The notes under the pieces are model-generated. The model saw nothing but the letters and a program-made list of their open reading frames with translations. It did not search any database and was not told the DNA's origin. Below, one piece after another: positions 48,552 to 60,355 of a DNA stretch of 64,000 bases (positions within the stretch are counted from its first letter, which is position 1; each line of letters starts with the position of its first letter). This DNA comes from Elsinoe ampelina (lineage: Eukaryota), in contig ML992511.1 of NCBI GenBank assembly GCA_010093995.1, forward strand, positions 357,917-421,916. Reading direction: 5' to 3'. A program made the position numbers and the translations under genes.

Positions 48552-51500
48552 CTACAATCCAAGAGCCTCGTTGGTCACATAATGACTACCGCCTGCACAT
48601 CGGTAGCCACCCGCCTGCTTGATCCACCTATATCCCATGGGACAGACACCCAAGTTCTGCAGCTTCTGCTGCATTTGCTGCTCACGCTTTTGCTCCTCTC
48701 TCTGACGCTCCTGCAACAGTCTCAACCTTTCAGCCTCATCGTCCGCCTTTCGCGTAGCCTCCACTGCTGCGAGCCTCATCTGCTCATGAAGTCGTCTTGC
48801 TTCGTCATCCTTGTTGTCTTGTTCTCTGCTCCGTGCCTCCTCCTCCTTTCGCTTCTGCGCCTCGTCACGTAGGCAATCGTGCTTCTTCTGAGCTTGACTG
48901 ACTTCGGCGGCAAGGGCAGCTTCTACTCTCTCATTTTCTCGCCGGTCTGATTCGAGCTGGTCCCACACCGCGTCAGCAACCCCAGCATCGCGCGACCGTG
49001 TAGTGTCGGTGATCAGCTCGATTTTGTCATCGTCTTCATCCTGAGACGCTTCGTCTTCATTACCGGCAGAGTAAGTCTTTGCCTGCGATATGGTGAGGTC
49101 TGCTGTCGCACCGGCTTGTAGGTGGTCGAGCGGATGGACAGTTCGGGGAGGGCGTCCGCCAAGGCGACGCTGCTTCTCCTCAAGCATTCGCTTGATCTGC
49201 TCAAGAACAACATCCCAAGTATAGCAAGGTGGTGAAGACCCAGATAGCACTGCCATACGAACCCAACTCGCCAGAGTCTCGACATCTCGTCCATTGCCCC
49301 ATCCTTGTAACTGAGTAAGCTGACCAAAATATCGCAAAGCAGGCGGCTGCGCATTGCTGGTGGCTGTAAGCTGCTGGGGAATCTTCTGGTCTTGTAGCAA
49401 TCGCTTCATCAACAGGGTCAGACAGTCTTCAGGCGTGAGGTTGGCGAACATGATCTCCTCCGGAAATCTACTGGAAAGACCTGGATTGACACCAAGGAGA
49501 TGGTTGATTTCATGCTCATAGCCGGCGAGCATAACTAGCATCTTGCCCTTGTATCTCGGCTTGGTCAGACAGTCGACAATTTCGTCAAGGGCTTCTTTGG
49601 CGAACTGTCCCTCGCCGAGACGATATGCTTCGTCGATGAACAGTACCTGGCCAAGCGCTTCCTCGAATTTCGCCACAACTTTGGGTCCGGTGTGCCCAAG
49701 GAAGCTTCCGACCAAGTCGGTAACGGAGCACTCCAGCACGTTGTCTGACGCCAGGAAGCCCATGTCGCAGAAGACCTTGCCAATTTTACGTGCTGTAGTA
49801 GTCTTGCCGGTGCCTGCGCATGTTAGCCAATAGACTCAGTTGAGCCCGAGGTTACGAATCTTACCTGGGGGTCCTTTGAGAACGAAATTGAAGGGAATGA
49901 CATCCAGTGGATCGAGGCCAGTCAACTGGGCGTTCTGATACGCACGAATGTATCCCACCAGCTTGTTGACGATGTGCTCAGTATGGATCGTGCCGTTGAA
50001 AAGGTCCTTACAATTGCTGATAGCATCCTTGGTTCTGCCAACGTCCGGGTCGAAATCCTCAGGCTCGAAGATCATATCATCAGGCCTGTTGCTTGCCGGT
50101 AGCCTTTGCTGTCGCAGGCGATAGTGCTCCTTTGCTCTGGTAAGCAAATTCTCAACTTCTCCTGCGTTGCCGAAATTTGGCTTGCGCCGGAGCTTAGCGA
50201 GGAGGCCATGCGCTGTCTTTTTGGCGTCCTCAGTGGCACCTATCTTCTGCTTCGACAGCTTGTAGTCCAGGATCACACGCAGCTCGTTCTCGTCGTAGTC
50301 TTCGAAGATGAAAGCATTCTCAACTGGAAAGCGACGGCGAAGGCCGGGGTTCACCTGGCGCAGCATGTCTTCCATTTGATCCTGGTAGCCCAGAAGCAAC
50401 ACAGCACGATCATCCCCAGGCTCAGAATGGACTTCTGATACAATCGTGTTGACGATGGCTTCACGGAATATGTCCTTGCCATAATGGGATGTGCCCTTGG
50501 GATTGGAACAGAGGTCGTAAGCTTCGTCGATGACCAAGACTTTACCCCTAGTGTTTTCCAGGATGCCTTTGGTATTCTTCTCCGACTCGCCCAAGTGAGC
50601 TCCGACAAAGTCAGACGGCGTCTTGACAAGGCACTCGGAAGTGCTGAGGAGCCCAATTTCGGCGAGAATCTTGCCATACAGCTTGGCTACTGTTGTCTTA
50701 CCGGTCCCTGGAGATCCCAAGAACAGTCGGTTCAAACTGACGTCGATGGGTGGCTTCTCCTTCAGCTCTCGATGATACGACTCAGTGACCGAGTCAAGTA
50801 GAGTCCGAACTGAATCCTTGACGGTTTGGAGACCTGGAAGCTCTTGAAGCTCCTTCCATGGCTTGCTATGCTGCAGCACCCCTCCGGGTTCGGGGCCAAT
50901 CAAGTCTTCCTTCGACAACCAGAAGTCATCAGGCTTCTTGCCCTCCTTACGTTCGGCAGCTATGCGCTTCGACTGCGATGTAGTGATCCTGGCGATGGTG
51001 TTTTCGAGAGCTCGAGCATTGCCGAAACCTTCCTTGCCGCTACCACGGTGAAGGCGTCGAATGACAATCCGTGAATACAGTCCTGCATTCCCATCTTCGA
51101 GCTTCATGCGGCCTTTGAATTTCTGGAAGATCTTCTGCACCATCATATGTAGGAGCTCAGCCGGCGAGTAATCTGGAAAGACGATCTGGACGGGTAGACG
51201 ACTGGGGATCCCTGGGTTGTGCTGGAAGAACTTTTCCATCTGCTTCTCATAGCCGGCAAAGATGAAGACAACCTGCCCTGTGGTGTTCTCGATCTCTGCA
51301 AGGAAGAAGTCGAGCACTGCGGTCCCTCCATTGCCTCCAGCCCCTACACTACCACTCTGAGGTACCAGTTGATACGCTTCGTCTACGAAGATAACACCGC
51401 CACCAGCCTGCAGAACCTCGTCAAGGGTTTTCTTGGCACCTGTGACGCCTTCATTTGCGATCTTCGAGCTTGTAGTTTCAACAAAATGATCACCAGGAAT

Positions 51501-54500
51501 AGCCTCGGTCTCAGCGAGGAACTCCGCATATAGTCGCGCAACTGTCGTCTTGCCTGTACCAGGATTCCCCAAAAATGCTGTGCCGAGACGCTCATCCTTG
51601 AGATCTACGCCCTGTCTCTTTGCAATTTCGATCTTTTGAAAGACATTCAGGAACTGTGACTTGACGGATTCGAGACCGGTCATCGTCATCAGTTTATCGA
51701 TCGCCACGTTGCTTGCGCCGTCGTCGTGCTTCATACGGTTCCAAAGGGTCTGAGCTTGACTTGGTGGAAGGGCTGGGATCGTGTCCCGCTCGAAGCCTGG
51801 ATGCGTATGCTTGGGTGCAGGTACCCGGCTGACAGATGCGCCACCGTCGGCCTGAGTATCGTCGCTAGATGAATTTTCGTCGTCGTTCACCTCGTTCTGC
51901 GGGTGCTTCGGTTCTGATTGATTTCCAATCAAAGACTTCTGAGACGCGGCATCAAGAGCTCTGACTTTCTTTAAGTATTGGACTTTCTGTGCGATAGCAA
52001 GCCTGCGCTGTTCCTCGAGGTCGCTGAACTGCAGCTTCTGCCGCTCAGCTTCGATCTCAGCATTGAGTTGAGCAATCTTTGCGTCGTGTACCTGTTGAGC
52101 TGCAGCGCTGCGAGTACGCCGATCGTGCTCCTTACGTTGTCGATCTTCTGCGACCTTTCGTTTCTTCTCACAAGTTGGACACGTTGTTGGACGACCATCG
52201 CTACATTGCCACGACAATCTGTGGCGATCTGGGCAGACATCAAGAACGACTGCTTCGCAGCGAATCTTTGAATGATCGTATAACTGGTGACATTTCTGCG
52301 GACATTCATGAATTCCACAGCTCAACATCGTCCCGCAGGGCATGTCGCAGCCGCCATCGGGACAAGCCTTGTCGAAAGCCTGAAGATCAGAGAGGACAGC
52401 AGTTCGGTCTGGATGGCGCTCACAGCGTACTGGCAGACCGTCGTAAACATGATGGCCTTCTTGTAGTTGTTGGAACAGATCACGCCAGAGCTCTCGACTT
52501 TTGCGAGCTTCCAAGAATGTCTCACTGTTGCCGATGAGGATGAGACCATTCCGGGCTCGAGAAAGCAGCACATTGAGTCTTTCAGGAGATGACAGAAAGC
52601 CAATGTCATGTTTCAGATTACTTCGGGTCAGTGAGACGACAACGACATCGCTTTCTTCACCCTGATAGTTGTCGACGGTGGAGATGCGTAAGCGACGACG
52701 AGCGAGGTTCGCGGTTGCCTGTGGCATGAGACCAGCGCGGACCAGGTCGAAGGAGTCCATGTCGTTGAGCACAGGATCGTTTTCGGCGGCAAGGACGTCG
52801 TAGAGTAAGCCCAATTGTCCGAGGTAAGGTGTCAATACTACCACTTGATCGGTGCGGTAGCCCTGCTGGGCCAGATAGCGCACGCATCTCAGCGTCAAGT
52901 GAGCCTCGTACTCGTTCGTCTTGGATGAGGTTGCGCCGCCTTCGCGTGGATCGAAGATCACATCCTTCTCCACCTCGAGCTGCCGGTGATCCACGAAGAC
53001 GACGCTGTCCTGAAACCCTCGCAGAGCCTTCCTTTCCAGGGTAGATCCCGCATCTCTCAGGTCAGGGTATGTAAGCGACCGTACCAGCGCCGATATCTCG
53101 GGTCGCATGCGATGCTGCTCGGCGAGAGTTTCATGTGGATACCCTTTGAGAACCAGCCTCTCGAACAGAGACCGATTGAGGTCATATCCTGTGCCTTTCT
53201 CCACACTCAAATGGTAGTGTGCCTTGGGACGGAGTTGTTTGTGGTCGCCGATAAGGATCAATTGTTTCGTAAATGGACCCAATGCCGTGATGATATGACT
53301 CTCGAGGATCTCGCCTGCCTCCTCCACAAGGACAATGTCTGGCCGGGCAGACTGAATCTCACGGACATACTTGGCAGCTGCTGTAGTAGTGCATCCAATG
53401 ATTCTCTTACTTGCCAGTAGCCGTCGACTACCCTCGTTGGAAGCGAGATTGACGGCGTCAAGTTGATGATTGTATTGATCACCATAGTTGGCGACTCTTT
53501 CAAGTCTTTCTTCCAGGATATCAGCCAGCCAACCACGTCGAAGCTTGTCCCGCTCGTCTTTTGGCAAGGTCCAGATGTGATCATGGGTGGATGGGCGATC
53601 TTTGACAACACCGGCGTCTTTGCCGCGGCACCATCGATCGAGCAGGTAGAAGTCTTTCAGAGCGCGACCCTTTTCGTCGACGAGCGTGAACTCTCCTGCT
53701 TTCGGGAGCTGGAAAGCTTCAAAGTAGATTTCATGCTCGGTCGAGAACTCAAGGTATTCCATCAGGTCACTGTGACGAGCGCCATCCGTTGCAAAGTCGT
53801 TGTATGCAGATTTGAGTCTTTTCGCCGTGAGTGCCAGGTCATCTTGGCGAGGACGGATCATGTCCCAATCGGAACGCGTTCTTCGATATCTTGGATCCGT
53901 GGTCACTTGTTGCTGCAAAACCAGGGATTTGGTTGAAGCACTCGCCTTCTGTTGAGATCCTAGTCGGACAATATCAGACTCCGATATACCAGTACCAATC
54001 AGATCCTCAAGGAATTGGTCGAGAGCATGATTTGTGTACGACAGAACAAGGATCCGAGCCGAGGACTTGAGGTACAGCGCCTTTGCCACGAGTGCTCCTA
54101 TGAAGCTCTTGCCCGTGCCGGGTGGTCCTTGGATCAAAGCGACTTGCTGCTGTAGACCCGCGACAAGGCTCTTCGCCTGACTGTGATCAAGTGTGGTCGT
54201 TTTCGGTAGGGAGAGGCTGGCCTGAAGATCCAGAGAGGGGTTGGATCCGAGATCTTCCACGAGTGTGCGGAGCATCCCGTCTAGCTCGATGTGAAGCGAT
54301 GGATCGCCGTCCGACCATTCGAGGATATCTGATGCGAGAGGTATGGATCGAGCTGCTTGTAGCTGTTTGAGAATGGGCTCATAAGCGAAGACTGCCGTTC
54401 TGAGGTTGAGTAGCTGTATTTGGCTGGTAGCTCTGATACCGCGAAGGATGGACCTGGTTGCGGAGAGATTTCGCGGTAATTGTAGATGGATGACAGGCTG

Positions 54501-55559
54501 CTGAGAGGCCAAAGTGTCCTCCTTCCTCATAATCCTCCCAAGACCAACGATAGTACCGTCAGCCACGAGGCAGGTTAAAGAATCGTTGGCCAGAATCTTT
54601 GGGTGCTTCTTCAGGAAGTCTTCCCGTTGTGCCGGAGTACCTTTGGGAATGAAGGACAGTTGCTTGGAGCGCTGGAGTGCGATTGCCCAGGGCTGTTTGT
54701 TATTGACGGCAATGCCGATGAGGCGAAGACCATCTATCTTCTGCCGTGTCTGCTTGCTCTGGCCGGATAGCTCATCTTTCAAATCTCTGAGCATATCCTC
54801 CCTAAGTAGCCTGAATTGGTTATCCAGGTGCGTAGCCAATCTCTGGTCTGGCTCCAATCCATCAATCTCGTCGGCATGGCGTAGAAAAGGTTCTTCTCGT
54901 GCCTGCAATTCATCGACAGAGGGTAAGATGGCGATCTTACGGAAATCTGCATAGTCATTATCGTGGCGACCACCAGGTCCATCCGGAATCGCCAGAATAG
55001 TGCCGGCAAGTGCTGCCAAGACGTGCTTTATACGACTGTAAGTGTTCCTGGTGTCAGCTGATGGCGCATGCTCGAGGACATCGCGAATGGTAGATCGATT
55101 GGCGACCTCAATGTATGAGACGACTTCGCTGTTGGGGACAGAGAGGAGCTGGAGAAGAAGCCATGCGAAGCTGTGAGTAGCGTGTGCGCCTAGGCTGTGC
55201 GTCTCGACCAAGTTACAGAAAGGAGACCAAAAAGTATGGGGCTCGACTATGAGGCGGACCAGATCTTGCAGAAGTTGACCACTGCAAGCAGCAGCAATCT
55301 GAGGTGATTGTATGTACCGGAGGATTTGATCGGAGGTGTCGTTGATGAAGGAAGCGGTGACGTCCACGCGCAACGCCTGTTGGAGAGCTTGTACGCCATG
55401 AGTGGTACTCAATACAGCGGCGATACATTCGACTGGGTCAGACCGCGACACGATAGCCTCTGCGAATCGTTTGGCGCTCGCTGGTGAAAGAATGGTCTCG
55501 GCACCACTGATGACCTGGCGGAAGAAGTGATTTAGCCTTCCTCGCCGCCGGTCGTCCAT
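48552..55559 (-). CDS. ZNFX1-like SF1 (UPF1-like) RNA helicase fused to an NF-X1-type Zn finger, a coiled coil and three CbxX/SpoVK-type AAA+ domains (~2318 aa)
   Basis: Exons 55559-49865 and 49813-48552; the intron splits GPPG|TGKT. ZNFX1-type motifs are RHDNDYADFRKIAILPS and HLDNQFRLLRED. Helicase motifs are IQGPPGTGKS, VEEAGE, LIGDHKQLRP, QHRMRPEI, TVDNYQGEESD and RLNVLLSRAR. CGIHECPQKCH is the Zn finger. The AAA Walker pairs are GNPGTGKT/VDEAY, GSPGTGKT/IDEAY and GPPGTGKT/IDEAY. Confidence 0.9.
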
Positions 55560-55885
55560 ATTGTATTGCCGTGATGAGAAGAGGACAAGAATGAAAATCC
55601 GCTGGGAAATGGCGATACTCCTGACATGCTGGGAGCTTCCAGCTCACATCTGCCTAGTGCTATAGCTCCGTTTGTCGACGTGAGCCAATGACATGCGTGA
55701 CTGCAGCGGAGGTGAGCACTGGAGTCGCCCGACCTTGCTTGTCACTGGCCGATGCGCGTTCCAGCAAACGAGATCCCTGCAACCCCTCCGACCAGGTCTT
55801 GCATCGCAGAAAACAAAGAAAGACGACTCACAATTTCAATTTCACGTTCATCATTTCACTTCCTGTACCATACACAACATACTCA

Positions 55886-57455
55886 ATGGCGCAAAGAGGT
55901 CACTGGCGAGGACAGGGTGCCCGTCGTGGGAGAGGGGGTCGTGCTGGGCATGCATACCGTCCAAATACATCATTGTACTCGCACCCGAACATGGTTGAGC
56001 TACCACCGCTTTCGGTTTCACAACAACTCCTCGAGCGGATTCCTCTGTCGGACGCGGCACATCTCAAGACGGAAAAAGAAGCCAAGATCAAAGACGTAGA
56101 ATATGTTGCAAGTTACAATTGGAAGGAAGCAGGAAAAGATCCTACGATCATTGTCCCCGGTGCGTAAACCCTGTTACTAAGCTCAGACCATTGATCGTCA
56201 ACCACATCTTCCCTATCATCAATTTTCACTGTGACTCCCCTTCAGAGATATATCTCTTCCATCTCAGCGTGGCAGTAACATGTCAATGTAAGTCCTATGC
56301 TGATAAGCTCCACCAGGTCGCCCACCACGATGGCAGCCGAGCAGGTCCCCGCAGAAACTGCATGAGGACTCGGGCGTCTATTACCGTGACGTGAATGGAG
56401 CACACTTTCCATCATACCCTGTTGAGCCAGCCTTGAGGGCTATTCTGGTCCAGAGGCCCGGTATCACGTTGGCCGACATCCAGATCTTCGGCTGCGGGAA
56501 TACCTTCGGAAGTCTTCTATCCTTCGTTAGGAACGAAGAGCGCACCTTTCGATTCGGGGTCGAGCAAGTTGGATCCAGTGTCTTCTTTGTGCGTAAGACG
56601 AACACGCCACGAGAGACGCTCGACGATGTCCGGAGATTTGGTCATGCTTTTCCAGATGCCAACACTATTTGGGAGAAGGACGTCACGACCACGAGTTCGC
56701 ACCAGCGGGTCATCAGTTACACATTTGCTGGTCTCAAATGCTTCATCAGGTCCGAGAGCGACGGCTATCTCCCACACAAGGCAGGTGTTGTGGTGGCGTC
56801 AGACTCCGACAAGCGCGATGACCTGGGCTCTCCCAACTCAAGTCGCATGGGCGCGCTCTCACTTGGCCTAACTTCTTCACCCACATCTCGGAGTCTTGTT
56901 GTCGAAAAGGCAGGACAGTCCATCCCCCAAGCCGCCATATTCGACCTCAAGACTCGTACCATCAAGAAGAAGACAGACCACATCTCCGCGGACGACTTCC
57001 TGCATCGCCTTTGGGTGAATCAGACTCCCAACTTCATCATCGCGTTCCATACCCACGGCACTTTCGATCCCAAAGACGTGCACGTCATCGATGCGGGGCC
57101 TGGCATTCAGAAGTGGGAGAGCGATCACGCCCACGAGCTGGCGCTTCTCGGCGGCGTGCTTCACAAGCTCAAGGACATGGCGCGCACCGTGAAGGGCAAC
57201 AAATTTGAAGTCAGAAGATCTGTGAATGGTCCACTCGAGATCTTCTCAGAAGTACAGTCCTTTTCTGCCCTTCCAGACGATCTGAAGAAATTGTGGGGCA
57301 GTGCAGAGGAGGAGTTTGTTGATGCAGTGGAGCAGCAGGGCGGCGCGAATGATCACAGCGATGATCACGACGGTGATCAGGATGGTGGTGCGCCCATCGA
57401 CGTCGGCAGCGAGAGCGATAGTGACGAAGGCGATGAGGACTATCTCAAGTTCTGA
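55886..57455 (+). CDS. Uncharacterised protein with Rai1/DXO-like PD-(D/E)xK nuclease motifs and an N-terminal RGG tract (~470 aa)
   Basis: Exons 55886-56159 and 56317-57455 total 1413 nt in frame. Motifs: RGQGARRGRGGR, VASYNW, IIVPGRPPRW, FGHAFP, RSESDG, FDLKTR and LWVNQTPNFIIAFH, with an acidic tail. The gene is solid; the family call is by motif analogy. Confidence 0.7.
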
Positions 57456-59044
57456 GGATCTACCGCGAGCATCATCGACGACCACTTGGCCGTTACAGAT
57501 GTATCTTCCTTGCTCGGATAGCGACACGCTGGTTCATGGTCAGAACAGTATAATCATAATAGCATGATACCCAAAATGAAAACGAAATGCAGACCAGACC
57601 TACCTGCATTGCCAAATGAATCGTCTTCTCCGCGGCCGTTCCATAATTCAAAATCACATCGCCATCCCATTTCAATTCATTTACCTATTCATTTCCACTC
57701 GCAAGACAGACGTGTTCCGACCACCATCGCACAGAATACAGAAGGCAAGTCCTCCCGACCTGCACGAACTGATCTACGCTCAAGATCTCCACTGCAGCGG
57801 CACAGCAACGACGCACCACGGCACTCATGCACAGCGACGATCCAGGCATGGCAGCCGCAGCGGTGGAATCGCAGAGCCGCACTGCAAAGCAAGGGAGGTG
57901 CACACGGGATCACACAAAACACTTGTCTCCCTCACCCTTCCTGTCCTTTATCCCTTTCCGTGATCCTACTTCCTCTGTCTGCCGCTTCCACACCCTCTCA
58001 AAGCTCCCACGCCCCTCCCCCTCACTCCAACCCCATCCTGACTTCCTCCTCTTCAACGGCCAGCTCCAGCCCTGACTGTAGCAAGACTCTGCGTCGGCAG
58101 GTGCCAGGAAAGTGTACTCGTCACCTCCCTCCAACCCCTCAATCGCCAGCCCCACACCTTCACACCCTGTGCGAAATCCAGCCAAGGGAGCCTCGATGTG
58201 GCTTGCGTCCAACGAAGCCCCTCCCACCCCGAGCGCAACGCCCGGCGTCGGGTGGCATCTGGCTCACTGCAAAAAACCCAGCGGCGCCACCTCGAACCTA
58301 CAGCCCAGTAGTAAGTCCTCGACCCTACGCGTGGACTTTTGGATCAGCAAGATCGAATACCTGCTCGGCGGCGTCGGGTCCAGAAACTCAAGATATGCTG
58401 GTCCGTGGCGCTTTTTTTTTTCTTTGGCGGCGAGTCATGTTCGCGCTCTGGAGGGGTCCGGGATCGCCGCGGTGTGGGCTGCGGGCGTTGACCACGTGGG
58501 TCTCTGACTCTCTGCGAGATTGATTGGCCTCTGGAGGGGGGGAGTCGGTGGGGGTTTGTCGGTGTGATGAGCCATGGACTTGGGATTTTGGCTACGGGAG
58601 TTGGCGGGAGCTGCTGGGATTGGGGAGGGAAGCTGGGATGGGACGGGGAAGCTGGGACGGGGCATGGGTCACTTATTAGCTGGTAAGGTGAGATTCCGTG
58701 AGCGTCGTGGTGTGAGTATTGATGGTCAGTGGTACCCTGGGGGTCAGGAGCAGTCTGTAATGTAGGACTGGTACATGTGAGTGAGCTGTGACATGTCAGG
58801 AATGGTTCATACAGGCAAGTACAGGCGTGAAGAAAAGTGAAGAATGGTAACGTCAAATTAGACTAGGTATTACACTACTCATTGTTCTCGTCGTCGTCGT
58901 CAGAAGCGTACGGTATGGTATAGTACCCTGCACAATCAAGCCTCGCATCTCTCTTTCCCTTATCCCCCTGCCACGAAACATGCACCTCTATGCCCTCCCT
59001 TCCTCCCCTCCCCGATACACGCTATGCACCAAACCCTCACCATC

Positions 59045-60355
59045 TCAATCCCTATGCCTCCTGAACAAATCAAACAAACTCCTCCTCTTCTTCGGGGGAC
59101 TCTTATCCCCATCCCGTCCCTTGACCTCCCCCTTCTCCGCCTTCAACGCCACCGCCGAGTCCTTGCTGTTATCCCTCCACGGCGCGCTAGGCCTCTTCAT
59201 CGCGCGCTTCTCCTTCGCCGCTCTGGCGCCTGATACATCCTGCACTGTCGGGGCGGCTTCTCCCTCCGCTACACTGCCCAACCGCTCACGGCTCATCAGT
59301 CCGGCTCTCGTGCCCGGTCGTCCTTCCGTGCCGGGGATGAAGCTCATGCGGGCGCTGGGTCGGCGGCCTTCGATGCCAGTGGCGGGTGAGGCGGAGGGGA
59401 TGAAGCGACTGCTTCGCCTTGCCAGGCGGCCGAGGAAGGATTGTCGCTCTGCGTCGTCTTGGGCGCAGGTTTGGCTTGCTTGAGCCCAGTCGTGGCGGTC
59501 AGCGGGTGCAGGCCGCCAGGACTTGCGGTGGGACTTCTTCGCCTCGCGGTCGGTGGAGGGGTCGTTCTCGTCTTGTTGTGGGGAGAGATAAGGGTTGCGG
59601 GGCATTGGAGGGGCGATATGGTGGAGGTCTGGCATGGTGATGTTCTCAAAGGCGGTGCTGAGGGCACGATTCTTGCGGGCGCTGGGTTTGCGCTCGGGTG
59701 ATTGCTTGTCTGCTGTGGATTTTGTGCTGGGTTGCCGGTTGAGGCGCGAGGCGCTGGCGGGTTCGAGGAAGAACGAGCGGCGGTTGGCTGCTTTTCGTGC
59801 TTTGGTGAATTCTGCCTCTTCACGACTGCGTTCTTGGGAGAGGTGATGGAGGGCTTCGTTCTCGCTCATGCCTTTTTCCCGTGCTGCGAGGAGCTGCTTC
59901 GGGTTTAGCCACTGAGATGAGCGGCCCGAGTCGACACGGTCGTCGTCTGACTTGTCAGATCGATCTGAGCGGTCGGACTTGTCGGAATAGTCGTGATACC
60001 GACTCTGGCGACGAGACTTGGTGTCTGGTCCAGCAGTATTTGGTCTGGCAATCTCGCCATTGCTATGTAGCGAAAGGCGGGATGCGTAACGAGGTTGGTA
60101 AGTAAGATTGGATGATCTCTTATCCTGCAATTGCTTGCTACGTTGTCGTACTTGCTCCAACTTGAGCTCCAGACGGTAAGCTTCCAGTCGACGACATAAT
60201 TCGTTGACGTCGAATGGTTCTAGTTGGCGGTGCGGGCGATCTGCAGGAGGGATCTAGAAATAGTCAGTAAGCATGAACAGCACAAAAGAACACCTCCAAC
60301 TCACATCCAACTCCATAGACTCCGCCCTGTATAATCCAATATCGACAGCAGCCAT
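59045..60355 (-). CDS. Hypothetical, largely disordered basic protein
   Basis: Exon 60355-60305, a GT-AG intron at 60304-60254 and exon 60253-59045 join in frame (MAAVDIGLYRAESMELD|IPPADRPHRQLEPFDVNELCRRLEAY...DRHDWAQASQ). No family recognised. Confidence 0.65.

Noticed and set aside
56268..56316. Possible cassette or poison microexon inside the nuclease intron (AG at 56267 or 56275, GTAAGT at 56288)
   Set aside because: The downstream intron would be only 29 nt, shorter than any other intron in the window.
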